Shown one piece after another: positions 39,212 through 48,777 of a stretch of DNA of 64,000 nucleotides. Numbering within the stretch: the stretch's first letter is position 1; every line of letters starts with the position of its first letter. Source of the DNA: Peptococcia bacterium (GTDB lineage: Bacteria > Bacillota > Peptococcia > DRI-13 > DTU073); assembly GCA_050951585.1 (NCBI GenBank), contig JBMNJI010000007.1:333890-397889 (forward strand), given 5' to 3'. The translations under genes were made by a program, and so were the position numbers. Under the pieces are notes generated by a model. It ran no database searches and was not told where the DNA came from. It saw only the letters and a program-made list of their open reading frames with translations.

Positions 39212-39366
39212 TTTTTCTCCAACTCACTTCTTATTATTCTTTTCCTTATTTTATTACTGCCAGCCATTACTATGTGCAACCTAACCTTATTATACCACTA
39301 TTCAAAAAATTTTTTCACTATTCCGCACATTATCTTGCTTCCTCCCCTCCTTTTACTTAGATTGGC

Positions 39367-39412
39367 GAAAAAAGAATGCTGTTCCTCTTTTTACAGAAGG
39401 ATAACAGCATTC
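39367..39412 (-). terminator. rho-independent terminator after the SPFH-RHH pair
   Basis: On the minus strand, a GAAUGCUGUU...AACAGCAUUC stem (10 bp) is followed by UUUUUUCG. Confidence 0.7.
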
Positions 39413-39427
39413 CCCGTACTAGTCTCT

Positions 39428-39631
39428 CTAATCTATCTTGTCTCTCTGGTCACTTTGTTCTCTCTCATTTTTCTGGTCTTTCTTGGGTAATCTTCCGGCT
39501 TTACGCAAGTTTTCCCGTAGCAAATATTCAATATGCCCATTTACACTGCGGAATTCATCGGCAGCCCAACGTTCAACAGCGGCAAAGAGAAGCGGATCAA
39601 TACGCAACGGAAAGTTCTTCTTTATCGACAT
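39428..39631 (-). CDS. Arc/ribbon-helix-helix family DNA-binding protein (HicB-like annotation class)
   Basis: 67 aa. [36 protein letters not shown] is the typical RHH pattern, followed by a basic/acidic tail. Confidence 0.7.
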   Translation of the reverse strand: MSIKKNFPLRIDPLLFAAVERWAADEFRSVNGHIEYLLRENLRKAGRLPKKDQKNEREQSDQRDKID

Positions 39632-39661
39632 TATTTTTTCTCTCTTTAACCTTAATAATAA

Positions 39662-40504
39662 TTAATACAAGGTACTGGTATTTATCACCGGCTGGGCTGC
39701 CCGGTCGGAGACAATTGCTACCAGTAAATTATTGATAAGTGCTACTTTCCGCTCCTGATCCAACTCAACCGTACCATCATGCAATAACTGCTCAATCGCC
39801 ATTTGGGCCATCCCGACAGCACCTTCAACAATCTTCTGCCGCGCCGAAATAATCGCCGTCGCCTGCTGACGCTGCAACATGGCACTGGCAATCTCCGTCG
39901 CATAAGCTAAATGGGTTAAACGTGCCTCAATTACGTTCACTCCGGCCACATCCAAACGGGCCTGCAATTCTGCAGCCAGCTCTGCGGCTACTTCCTCCGT
40001 ATTTCCCCGCAATGAACTGCCATCTCCGGCAAAATCATCATACGGGTACTTTGTGGCCACATGCCGTAAAGCTGTTTCACTTTGTATTTCCACAAATTTT
40101 TCATAATCATCCACATCAAAGACAGCCTTCGCGGCATCGACTACTTTGATTACCAGGACGGCCGCTATTTCAATCGGGTTCCCTTCCACATCATTAACCT
40201 TTAATTTTTCACTGTTAAAATTACGCACTCTTAGCGAAACCTTTTTCCCAACCGCAAAAGGAACTGTAAACCAGAAACCGGCTTCCCGCACAGATCCGAT
40301 ATACCGGCCAAAAAAGGTTAATACCTCCGCCTGATTCGGTTGCACAATCCGCATGCCGGCGCAAAGTACCGAAAAGACCAGCATCTGCACAATCCCTAGG
40401 ATTATCTGCATTTTAATGAAGCTATAGATTGTACCGGCCAACAGCAACAGCATGAAGAAAAGCGCGACAAAACCATTGATCTTCCAAGCGTTTTTATCCA
40501 TCAT
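39662..40504 (-). CDS. SPFH/Band 7 domain protein
   Basis: 280 aa with two N-terminal TM segments followed by an SPFH domain. Confidence 0.88.
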   Translation of the reverse strand: MMDKNAWKINGFVALFFMLLLLAGTIYSFIKMQIILGIVQMLVFSVLCAGMRIVQPNQAEVLTFFGRYIGSVREAGFWFTVPFAVGKKVSLRVRNFNSEKLKVNDVEGNPIEIAAVLVIKVVDAAKAVFDVDDYEKFVEIQSETALRHVATKYPYDDFAGDGSSLRGNTEEVAAELAAELQARLDVAGVNVIEARLTHLAYATEIASAMLQRQQATAIISARQKIVEGAVGMAQMAIEQLLHDGTVELDQERKVALINNLLVAIVSDRAAQPVINTSTLY

Positions 40505-40530
40505 ACCAACCCCTCCAATTATATATAATC

Positions 40531-40562
40531 CTGATATTTTTATGATATCATAATTATATCAG
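40531..40562. promoter_or_regulatory. 32-bp imperfect palindrome upstream of the SPFH gene
   Basis: CTGATATttttATGAT|ATCATaattATATCAG, with 14 of 16 positions symmetric, lies 27 nt upstream of the SPFH start. Confidence 0.3.
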
Positions 40563-40599
40563 CGACGCAATGCCCCTGATATGCCATCCCTCCCGATAA

Positions 40600-40637
40600 T
40601 AACAAAAAGCGCCGGGAGGTTTTCCCCCCCGGCGCCC
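40600..40637 (-). terminator. rho-independent terminator of the LamG-Big2-RCC1 gene
   Basis: On the minus strand, a GGCGCCGGG...CCCGGCGC stem is followed by UUUUUGUUAUU. Confidence 0.75.
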
Positions 40638-40681
40638 GAAACTACTTTGCCTATCATTTTCTGTTTATGTTTTTCTTTTTA

Positions 40682-42961
40682 CTATTTGCTGACTTTGACG
40701 GGAGAGACTCTTGTTGTGGTCGTGCCATCTCCCAATTGTCCCTTTTCATTCGCGCCCCAGGCATAAATGGTTCCATCTGCGCTGACGGCAAAGCTATGCC
40801 GTTCGCCGCAGGTGATGCCCACAATATTGGCTAATCCTTGCACCTGTACGGGTTTGGTCTTGCTGGTATAATTTCCGATGCCCAATTGACCGTAACCGTT
40901 ATTTCCGGTGCTCCAGACCGTACCGTCATTTTTCAAAAAGAGCGTATGATATCTGCCGGTCGCTACCGACACAACCCCTTTTAATTCCGGCAGTTGAACC
41001 ACATAGTATTTATGTGCTGATGTGCCGGATGTGCCGTCACCGATGGTGCCGTAACGATTTACGCCCCAGGCCCATAATGTTCCGTCCGCTTTCAGCGCAT
41101 AGTTAGTGCAGGCTTCCGAAGAAATCCAGACGATATCGCTAAGTCCTTGGATTTGGATGGGTTCCAGTCTGTTGATATTGGTTCCGTCAGCCATATGGCC
41201 AGCGCCATTATATCCCCAACCCCAAACAGTTCCGTCGGCTTTTAAGGCGATGCTGTGGCTTCTGCCTGCCTGGATCTGGACAACATTGGTCAAACCTTTG
41301 ACCTTTACGGGAATATAGCTGTTTGTGGTGGTACCAGTACCCAATTGACCATAACCGTTATATCCCCATGCCCAGACGGTACCGTCATTTTTAAGAGCAA
41401 GACTATGGTTGCAGCCGGCCGCCACAGCCTTTACCCCGGTTAATCCTTTTACTTGGACCGGGTCTTTACGGTTGGTTTTTGTGCCATCACCCAATTGGCC
41501 GGTGGCGTTGTATCCCCAAGCCCATACCGTTCCATCACTCTTTAAGGCCAGCGTTGTATTTTCCAGCGAGGATAACGCAATAACTCCTGTTAAGATCTTC
41601 ACTTGATTACTGCCGTTAATATAACTGGTGCCGAGGTTATCGCCCCAGAATGAAACGGTCCCGTTTGCATTTATCTTCGCGCTATGGGCCGCTCCACCAG
41701 CTAAACTAAACAGATTCTGCGGTGCTGCCGGTTGCGGATTTTCAGCTGGTTTTTGCTGAACATTGACCATACAGGAGGCAGTATAAGCACCATCTAACGT
41801 CGTGACCGTGATTTTCGCCGTACCTGCCGCTACCGCACGGATATTGCCCGCACCGTCTACTGTGGCCACCGCCGGTTTACTGCTTGCCCAGCTTACCTCT
41901 TTGTTGGCGGCGTTACTGGGGCTTACCGCTGCAGTTAATTTCTCGCTCTGTCCCACTGTTAGAGCCAATTCGCCCTTGTTCAGACTTACTCCGGTTACCT
42001 TCACTACTACCGGCTCCGGTTTTTGTACTGTAATTAAACAATTGGCTGTAAAACCACCATCTAACGTCGTGACCGTGATTTTCGCCGTACCTGCCGCTAC
42101 CGCACGGATATTACCCGCACCGTCTACTGTGGCCACCGCCGGATTACTGCTTGCCCAGCTTACCTCTTTGTTGGCGGCGTCACCAGGGGTCACCGTTGCG
42201 GTTAATTTCCCGGTCTGTCCCACTGTTAAAGCCAAATTGCCTTGGTTCAGACTTACTCCGGTTACCTTCACTATTTCCGGCTCCGGTTGCACATACTCTG
42301 TTGTATACAGCTCATTAACTTCTTGGGCAGTCAAAGCCCGGCTATAGATATAAACATCATCAACCTTGCCTATGAAGTTATTATTACCGGCACTTACTCC
42401 GCCGCCGATCCGTAAAGGCTCGGCATTCATATTGATTGTACCACTTGCCTTTGAATTATAGACCTGTTTTCCGTTAATATAGATTTTTATCCTTGTTCCA
42501 TCATAGGTTCCAGCAACATGGGTCCAGGTCCCGCTCGGCACTGAATTAGCCGCGGTGTATCCGGTCATGGCATTAATACCCGTTTTAAAGGAAAAACCGA
42601 TATTATTTTGTCCTCCCTGGATAATGCTGTAATCAGTATTGGAGCCCAGGGATTTATATATTATTTTCTGATATTTTGTATTGCTAACAGGATTAATCCA
42701 CGCAGCGATGGAAAAAGCTGAGCGCGGACTTAAACTAGCTTGATGGGGGATCTCCACATAATCATTCCCGTCAAAACTTAAGGCGCTTCCTCTTTTTCCT
42801 TCCACAAAAGTAGCCCCGTAAATTTTCCCGTCGTTTTTGCTTTCACTAATGTCTTTGGCGATTGTACCTGTTCCTTCGTTAAAAAGCCATTGACCGATTG
42901 GAGATTCTGCAGCCCCTAACGCAGCCCCGACGAAAAATGTGCATTGCAAAACTAACGTCAT
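40682..42961 (-). CDS. secreted multidomain protein: LamG/concanavalin-like domain, two Big_2 Ig-like domains, RCC1-repeat beta-propeller
   Basis: 759 aa. It has a LamG_3-like N-terminal domain, two Big_2 units of about 89 aa, and about seven RCC1 repeats (G.N..GQLGDGT patterns). The N-terminal signal appears split by a frameshift (see findings). Confidence 0.85.
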   Translation of the reverse strand: MTLVLQCTFFVGAALGAAESPIGQWLFNEGTGTIAKDISESKNDGKIYGATFVEGKRGSALSFDGNDYVEIPHQASLSPRSAFSIAAWINPVSNTKYQKIIYKSLGSNTDYSIIQGGQNNIGFSFKTGINAMTGYTAANSVPSGTWTHVAGTYDGTRIKIYINGKQVYNSKASGTINMNAEPLRIGGGVSAGNNNFIGKVDDVYIYSRALTAQEVNELYTTEYVQPEPEIVKVTGVSLNQGNLALTVGQTGKLTATVTPGDAANKEVSWASSNPAVATVDGAGNIRAVAAGTAKITVTTLDGGFTANCLITVQKPEPVVVKVTGVSLNKGELALTVGQSEKLTAAVSPSNAANKEVSWASSKPAVATVDGAGNIRAVAAGTAKITVTTLDGAYTASCMVNVQQKPAENPQPAAPQNLFSLAGGAAHSAKINANGTVSFWGDNLGTSYINGSNQVKILTGVIALSSLENTTLALKSDGTVWAWGYNATGQLGDGTKTNRKDPVQVKGLTGVKAVAAGCNHSLALKNDGTVWAWGYNGYGQLGTGTTTNSYIPVKVKGLTNVVQIQAGRSHSIALKADGTVWGWGYNGAGHMADGTNINRLEPIQIQGLSDIVWISSEACTNYALKADGTLWAWGVNRYGTIGDGTSGTSAHKYYVVQLPELKGVVSVATGRYHTLFLKNDGTVWSTGNNGYGQLGIGNYTSKTKPVQVQGLANIVGITCGERHSFAVSADGTIYAWGANEKGQLGDGTTTTRVSPVKVSK
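41790..42300. repeat. tandem 267-bp duplication (two Big_2 domain units)
   Basis: The repeat starts ccatctaacgtcgtgaccgtg at 41790 and again at 42057. A core of about 125 bp differs at only 2 positions. Confidence 0.85.
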
Positions 42962-43218
42962 CAGATGCTGATAATACGACCTTGTTTAAAGCTTTTTTCT
43001 TCTTTTTGATCATTCCCGCTAATCCTCCTTGAATTTGTTTATCTAAACGGAAAATCCGGTTTAATAACTTCCATTAAGACTTAGGTAATCCCCTCGCTAC
43101 CGTATGATGACCCGATTTCTCAATTCAATTAATTATTCCGAAAATTTCCGTTTATGTCATATAGTAACCTGTCTAAATCATCCTTACAGGAAGTATGTCA
43201 ATTCAGCATGAGAATTTA

Positions 43219-44490
43219 TCACGTTTCCAATAAACTAATTACGGTAGGTCTAAGTAAATCTCCCGTCTTCCCAATCCCAAACTCACCTTGATCATTTTTC
43301 CCCCAGCCCCAAACCGTACCGTTTTTATCAACCGCAAAGCTTTGACATTCCCCGGCCGCAATAGAAGTGATATTTGTTAATCCTTCCACCTTCTTCGGTA
43401 ACAGGAGATTTTCCCTGCTGCCATGACCTAATTGACCATCTTCACCTTTCCCCCAGGTATGGACGAAGCCTTTATCATCTAAGGCAAGAGAATGCCAGCG
43501 TCCTACCGTAACAGCCGTAACATTTACCCCTTCCAAGGCCTTAATCTTTTGGGGCGTTACTCTATTTTTCGTGCTGTTATCCCCTACCTGACCAAATTTA
43601 TTGAACCCCCAGGACGATACTTCTCCTTTATCATTTAGCGCTAAAGAATGACAAGAGCCACAGGCAATCGCGACGATGTTTGAGAGATTTTTTACCAGAC
43701 CGGGCTTTGCACTGTTTTTTGTATTACCATTCCCTAATTGCCCGGCATTGTTGATGCCCCAACTCCACACTCTCCCCTGCTCATCAAGAGCAAGGCTATG
43801 CCATCTGCCGGATTGAATTCCTTTGATTTTCGGCAGTCCTTTAACCTGAACAGGCTCGGTCGTATTTTCGAAAAGTCCATTTCCGATCTGTCCTGATGTA
43901 CCTAAACCGGTTACCAAAACAGTACCGTCACTTTTTAAGATTAAACTGTGTCCTACCCCTGCCGCTACAGCGATGGCATCTTTGATATTCTTCATCTTTA
44001 CAGGGATGTCCGTCTTTTCGAAAAGTTGTCCGATCCCCAGTTCGCCATTACCGTTTCCTCCCCAGCCAAAAACCAGTCCATTAGCAGTTAAAAATAAAGC
44101 ATGATTATGAATGGCCGCGACGCTTTTTACCCCCGCAATCCCGTCAATCTTTTCGCTTGTGCTAACATTAGTGCCTTTCTGATTATCTCCGGATACCCAC
44201 GGGATACCGTCCTCAATCCTGATAGTAAACCCATTGCCGGCGGCCAGCTTCTTATCCGGGTTTTGTACATTTAACGGGTCTTCCTTCTTCGCTCTTGAAA
44301 CAAGTGATTTTAAATCATCAATAACTTTATTGGCATTGATTTCCCTAAATAAACATTCACCTGTAGTTTTTATTATACGGGCATAATCTGCTGCTTGCCC
44401 CGGGATGGAAAACCCGTAGGCCTTTTCTATGAAAAATGGACACTGCAAAAATAGCATGATTGCTAAGCTTGTTGTCAGGAGCTTCTTCAT
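43219..44490 (-). CDS. secreted RCC1-repeat beta-propeller protein
   Basis: 423 aa. Signal peptide MKKLLTTSLAIMLFLQCPFFIEKAYG, then seven RCC1-like repeats (GNGELGIG, GQIGNG, GQLGNGN, GQVGDNS, GQLGHGS, GEFGIGK). Confidence 0.85.
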   Translation of the reverse strand: MKKLLTTSLAIMLFLQCPFFIEKAYGFSIPGQAADYARIIKTTGECLFREINANKVIDDLKSLVSRAKKEDPLNVQNPDKKLAAGNGFTIRIEDGIPWVSGDNQKGTNVSTSEKIDGIAGVKSVAAIHNHALFLTANGLVFGWGGNGNGELGIGQLFEKTDIPVKMKNIKDAIAVAAGVGHSLILKSDGTVLVTGLGTSGQIGNGLFENTTEPVQVKGLPKIKGIQSGRWHSLALDEQGRVWSWGINNAGQLGNGNTKNSAKPGLVKNLSNIVAIACGSCHSLALNDKGEVSSWGFNKFGQVGDNSTKNRVTPQKIKALEGVNVTAVTVGRWHSLALDDKGFVHTWGKGEDGQLGHGSRENLLLPKKVEGLTNITSIAAGECQSFAVDKNGTVWGWGKNDQGEFGIGKTGDLLRPTVISLLET

Positions 44491-44640
44491 AAAAAATCCC
44501 TCCCTGTTTTTTTACACTCTCTATTCTACACCACTTTGGCTGATTAGGGAAGAGTTTTTTCTGACTATTTTATATTTTTTAGTTTATTAACTCTATTTAG
44601 TCGCTAAGCCGGCTTCTAGCTGATATGTATCAGGCACCCC

Positions 44641-44997
44641 TTATAGATCGATCAAAGCCAAACTGATTTGCAAGGCTTCATTCACCTTTTCCATTAACTC
44701 GTCATCTAAGGAGGAAATCTTGTGCTTCAACCGCTGCTTGTCGATGGTCCGGATTTGCTCTAACAGGACGACGGAGTTCTTCTCTAGACCGCATACTTCC
44801 CGATCGAGCTCAACATGGGTAGGAAGCTTGGCCTTTTCAAGCTGGCTGGTAATCGCCGCCACGATCGTTGTGGGACTGTATTGATTACCGATATCATTTT
44901 GAATAACCAAGACAGGGCGCGTTCCTCCTTGCTCGGATCCGACCACAGGATTTAGTTCGGCATAAAAAATATCGCCCCTTTTTACGCTCATGAGCAA
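44641..44997 (-). CDS. mazF: type II toxin MazF/EndoA (PemK family mRNA interferase)
   Basis: 118 aa. [46 protein letters not shown] closely resembles B. subtilis EndoA (NdoA). Confidence 0.93.
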   Translation of the reverse strand: MLMSVKRGDIFYAELNPVVGSEQGGTRPVLVIQNDIGNQYSPTTIVAAITSQLEKAKLPTHVELDREVCGLEKNSVVLLEQIRTIDKQRLKHKISSLDDELMEKVNEALQISLALIDL

Positions 44998-45266
44998 CGC
45001 TCCACCAATTTCTTTTCAATTAGCGAGCTTGCCTCCTCTTCGCAATAATGGAATTCATCAGCCAACGCAAGATTGATCCTGGCCATTTCTAAATAACCGG
45101 CCCTCATTTGTTCTCTTAGACGCGTTTTTTTCTTTTCCTCCAGATAGAAACGCATAGCTTCCTTGATTAGTTCACTGCGGTTTTTCTTCTCCATATTTGT
45201 TAATCCGTCTACTTCTTTGAGCAGAGAAGCAGGCAAAGAAACCATGATGCGTTTACTGTCTGTCAC
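44988..45266 (-). CDS. mazE: RHH (CopG-like) antitoxin of MazF/EndoA
   Basis: 92 aa with the RHH N-terminus [16 protein letters not shown]. It overlaps mazF by 10 nt. Confidence 0.82.
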   Translation of the reverse strand: MTDSKRIMVSLPASLLKEVDGLTNMEKKNRSELIKEAMRFYLEEKKKTRLREQMRAGYLEMARINLALADEFHYCEEEASSLIEKKLVERCS

Positions 45267-45432
45267 GGATAATCACTCCCTTAAAAAAGTAAAAACACGT
45301 CCAACGATATCTTATGCATTTAAATTAAATTATATTATTATACCTAAGTAAGGCGCGGATACGACGCCATATCCTATTATTATCACATAAACTCAGCCCA
45401 AATCAACTGGAAAACTTTACACCCTTTAGCTA

Positions 45433-47007
45433 TTAGCAACCGGCTTCCATCCGTTCAAGCTTGCTGCAGGCTAAAGGAATAAAATCGGCAATCTCTCCGG
45501 CCAATAATCCCCGCATCCCTTTGCTTTCCGCTAACATGTCCCCGGCGAGCCCGTGAAGGAAAACCCCTAATACTGCCGCTTGAGCCGGGTCAAGTCCTTG
45601 TGCCAGTAAACCTCCGATTACCCCGGCCAAAACATCACCCGAACCCGCAGTCGCCAGAGCTGGAGAACCGGTGGAATTAATAAAAATCAAGCCTTCCGGG
45701 ATGGCCGTCACGGTGACCGCTCCTTTCAGAACCACAATCGCGTTAAAATTCGTCGCCGCCTGAAAAGCCGCCTCGACCCGATTTTCCTCCACTACCGCAA
45801 CCTCAGTACCCAAAAGACGCGCCATCTCACCGGGATGAGGGGTCAAGATCAACGGAGCTTCAGCCGTTTTAAAAACCTCCACTTCCCCCGCCAGGACATT
45901 TAACCCGTCAGCATCAATAACCACCGGGACATCGGTCAGCAAAACATTCTGCACAATATTTTTGATATTCTCACCGGTCCCCAGACCGGGACCAATCACA
46001 ACCGCCTTTTTGCCCTTGAGATAGCTCTCAATTTCGGTCCAGGCCTCAAAAGAAAGAGTGCGTTCTCTCGTTTCAGCAACTCCTCTCGTAATAACCTCCG
46101 GAAAAGAAAGATCAAACAAATCAGCCAGGGATTCCGGTAAACAGGCGGTCACCATTCCTGCCCCCGAACGCAATACCCCTTTGCAAGCCAAAGAAGCGGC
46201 CCCGGTCATCCCCCTGGAGCCCGCAATCACTAAAACATGACCAAAGGTATTTTTGTGTCCTTCCAAATCTCTTTGAGGCAGAAACTCACGGGCTAAAACA
46301 CTATCCACATAATATTCCTCGCGTTCCAAAAGGGCCAGCCCGTCCTGCGGTAAAGAGATATCCGCCACAATCATCCGCCCGACATACTTTTTCGCCGGGT
46401 AAAGGACCAGGCCTCGTTTCGGCCAGGCAAAAGTGACCGTATAATCGGCCCGCACACACAACTGTTCAACCCGGCCATTATCCGCATCCGCGCCCGAAGG
46501 CACGTCAATGGCCAGGGTCGGACAACCGCTTGCGTTAAGGGTCTCAATGGCCCGCAAAACATTGCCTTGCAGATTCCCGCGCAAACCGGTACCCAGGATC
46601 CCGTCAATTAACATATCACAATTATTCAGACACAGCTTGAAAAGATAAAAACTATTATCATCATTAAGATAATGCCACTTCAGCCCTAATCTTTCAATGA
46701 AACTCCAATTTTCCCGCACCACACCACGAAAGCCCTCCGGCTTATTAAGCAGAAAGAGTTTGATGTCGGCGCCTTGCTGGTAAAGATGCCGGGCAGCAAC
46801 CAGGGCGTCTCCGCCATTATTCCCCTTCCCGACCAAAAACACATAATTACCACCGGCCTTTTTCTGACTTAACTCTTGTACTGCTTGAGCTACAGAACGT
46901 CCGGCATTTTCCATCAGCAACAGCGCCGGAATGATTCGTTCCCCCTCCGCCCACGCATCAATTTTTTTCATTTCACTTCCGGTAATCAATCGCATTTTTG
47001 CAAACAC
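45433..47007 (-). CDS. nnr: bifunctional NAD(P)H-hydrate repair enzyme (epimerase / ADP-dependent dehydratase)
   Basis: 524 aa with a YjeF_N domain (GKGNNGGDALVAAR) and a C-terminal carbohydrate-kinase domain (...GSGDVLAGVIGGLLAQG). Confidence 0.92.
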   Translation of the reverse strand: MFAKMRLITGSEMKKIDAWAEGERIIPALLLMENAGRSVAQAVQELSQKKAGGNYVFLVGKGNNGGDALVAARHLYQQGADIKLFLLNKPEGFRGVVRENWSFIERLGLKWHYLNDDNSFYLFKLCLNNCDMLIDGILGTGLRGNLQGNVLRAIETLNASGCPTLAIDVPSGADADNGRVEQLCVRADYTVTFAWPKRGLVLYPAKKYVGRMIVADISLPQDGLALLEREEYYVDSVLAREFLPQRDLEGHKNTFGHVLVIAGSRGMTGAASLACKGVLRSGAGMVTACLPESLADLFDLSFPEVITRGVAETRERTLSFEAWTEIESYLKGKKAVVIGPGLGTGENIKNIVQNVLLTDVPVVIDADGLNVLAGEVEVFKTAEAPLILTPHPGEMARLLGTEVAVVEENRVEAAFQAATNFNAIVVLKGAVTVTAIPEGLIFINSTGSPALATAGSGDVLAGVIGGLLAQGLDPAQAAVLGVFLHGLAGDMLAESKGMRGLLAGEIADFIPLACSKLERMEAGC

Positions 47008-47369
47008 TCTCCAATAGCCACAGCCATAGCGTAATGCCGACTGTGCGTAATACTTACCTTTACTACGGAAATTTCCTTTTCCTGCAAGACTTTCAGTAAC
47101 GCTTGCTGAAAGCTGACCTGGGGCTCCCCCAGTGAATCCGGCAAGACCTCCAGATCATGCCAGGAACAAGCGCGCAAGCCAATTCCTAAGCATTTCAAAA
47201 TAGCCTCTTTAGCCGCAAAACGTCCCGCTAAGGCCTGGATGGGATTCCCTTTTTCCTGACAATATGCAATTTCCCGCGGGGTGAGTAACCGCTTCCAGAG
47301 GGCAGGATGACGACGCACCGCGAGACCCACCCGTTCAATCTCCACAAGATCCGTACCAAGATAAATCAT
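46986..47369 (-). CDS. acpS: holo-[acyl-carrier-protein] synthase
   Basis: 127 aa. MIYLGTDLVEIERV...FAAKEAILK. Confidence 0.92.
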   Translation of the reverse strand: MIYLGTDLVEIERVGLAVRRHPALWKRLLTPREIAYCQEKGNPIQALAGRFAAKEAILKCLGIGLRACSWHDLEVLPDSLGEPQVSFQQALLKVLQEKEISVVKVSITHSRHYAMAVAIGECLQKCD

Positions 47370-47389
47370 TAATTAATGTTCTTCCTCTC

Positions 47390-48724
47390 TTAACTTAACT
47401 CCTGCTCAATAATTTTGCCAATTTCACCGGCAATCTCCTCTAACTGTCTGTGCTCTTTGCCCTCCGCCATCACTCTGATTAATGGCTCCGTGCCGGAAGG
47501 CCGCACCAGAATGCGTCCGTCCCCGGCCAATTTTGCTTCATGATCGGCAATGATGCGGCGAATGGCCTCATTTTTCTCCCAAGCTTTATCCTTTACCCTG
47601 ATATTAATTAACACTTGCGGATAATTCTCCATAGAAGCGGCTAATTCGCTCAGCCTCTTCCCGCTCTCCGCCAGCACACTAAGTAACTGTAGCGCAGTCA
47701 GAATCCCGTCCCCGGTGGTATTATACCGGCTAAAAATGATATGCCCGGATTGTTCGCCCCCCAAAACGGTCCTGGTCTCCAGCATCTTCTCCAGCACATA
47801 CCTGTCTCCCACCTTTGTTTCATAGACATGGATACCGGCTTTTTCGAAAGCTTTCTTTAAACCGAGATTGCTCATTACCGTAACAACAACCTGATCGTGT
47901 AACTGGCCTTTTGCTTGCAAAGCCAGGCCACAAATAACCAGGATTTTATCTCCATTAACCTCCTGCCCTCCCTCATCAACGGCAATAACTCTGTCACCGT
48001 CTCCGTCATGGGCGATCCCTAAATCAGCCCCATGTTTTATTACCGCCTGCTGTAAGGCTTCCGGATGGGTGGAACCGCAATTTTCATTGATATTCACGCC
48101 GGTGGGGAGGTCGTTAATACTAATCACCTGGGCCCCTAATTCCCGATATACCAGCGGTGCCACCTCCGAGACCGCTCCATGGGCACAATCAACGACAATT
48201 TTTAAACCGCGGAGCGAAACCCGTACACTTTCCTTTAAAAACCCGATATAGCGCTCAATGGCATCAGCCAAAGGGATAATCCTGCCTAAATCGCTCCCGG
48301 CAGGACGAGGCAGATGATCTTCCCCGCCGAGCACAAGTTCTTCAATTTTATCTTCCAGTTCATCAGGTAATTTATAACCATGTTCATTAAAAAACTTTAT
48401 TCCGTTATCCGCAAATGGATTATGGGAAGCGGAAATTACCACACCGGAACAAGCTTTCATTTCTCTTGTCAAATAAGCGATGGCCGGAGTCGGAATCACT
48501 CCTGCCAGATATACATCTACACCGGAAGAACAAACGCCGGCTGCTAAGGCCCCCTCGAACATGGAACCAGAAATACGTGTGTCTTTCCCTAAAACAATGG
48601 CTGTTCTCTCTCCCGATTTCTTTAATAATGCGGCCGCCGCCCGGCCTAACCGAAAGGCTAGTTCCGGAGTCAATTCACTGTTTGCGAGTCCCCGTACTCC
48701 ATCAGTGCCAAAAAGCTTACCCAT
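47390..48724 (-). CDS. glmM: phosphoglucosamine mutase
   Basis: Begins [11 protein letters not shown], carries the active-site motif SASHNP, and is 444 aa long. It follows cdaA-cdaR. Confidence 0.96.
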   Translation of the reverse strand: MGKLFGTDGVRGLANSELTPELAFRLGRAAAALLKKSGERTAIVLGKDTRISGSMFEGALAAGVCSSGVDVYLAGVIPTPAIAYLTREMKACSGVVISASHNPFADNGIKFFNEHGYKLPDELEDKIEELVLGGEDHLPRPAGSDLGRIIPLADAIERYIGFLKESVRVSLRGLKIVVDCAHGAVSEVAPLVYRELGAQVISINDLPTGVNINENCGSTHPEALQQAVIKHGADLGIAHDGDGDRVIAVDEGGQEVNGDKILVICGLALQAKGQLHDQVVVTVMSNLGLKKAFEKAGIHVYETKVGDRYVLEKMLETRTVLGGEQSGHIIFSRYNTTGDGILTALQLLSVLAESGKRLSELAASMENYPQVLINIRVKDKAWEKNEAIRRIIADHEAKLAGDGRILVRPSGTEPLIRVMAEGKEHRQLEEIAGEIGKIIEQELS

Positions 48725-48777
48725 TGACCGGTCCCCTTCCTGAATGATAATAATTCACTTTCTTCATGAGGATAGGC

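Noticed and set aside
39149-39735. Plus-strand ORFs of 113 and 119 aa in and around the 39212-39427 spacer.
   Set aside because: They are Leu/Phe/Ser-rich translations of AT-rich intergenic DNA and of the antisense strand of the RHH gene. They have no RBS.
41802-42347. 181-aa plus-strand ORF with an internally repeated sequence.
   Set aside because: It is antisense to the duplicated Big_2 region of the RCC1/LamG gene. This is a shadow ORF created by the repeat and GC-rich codons.
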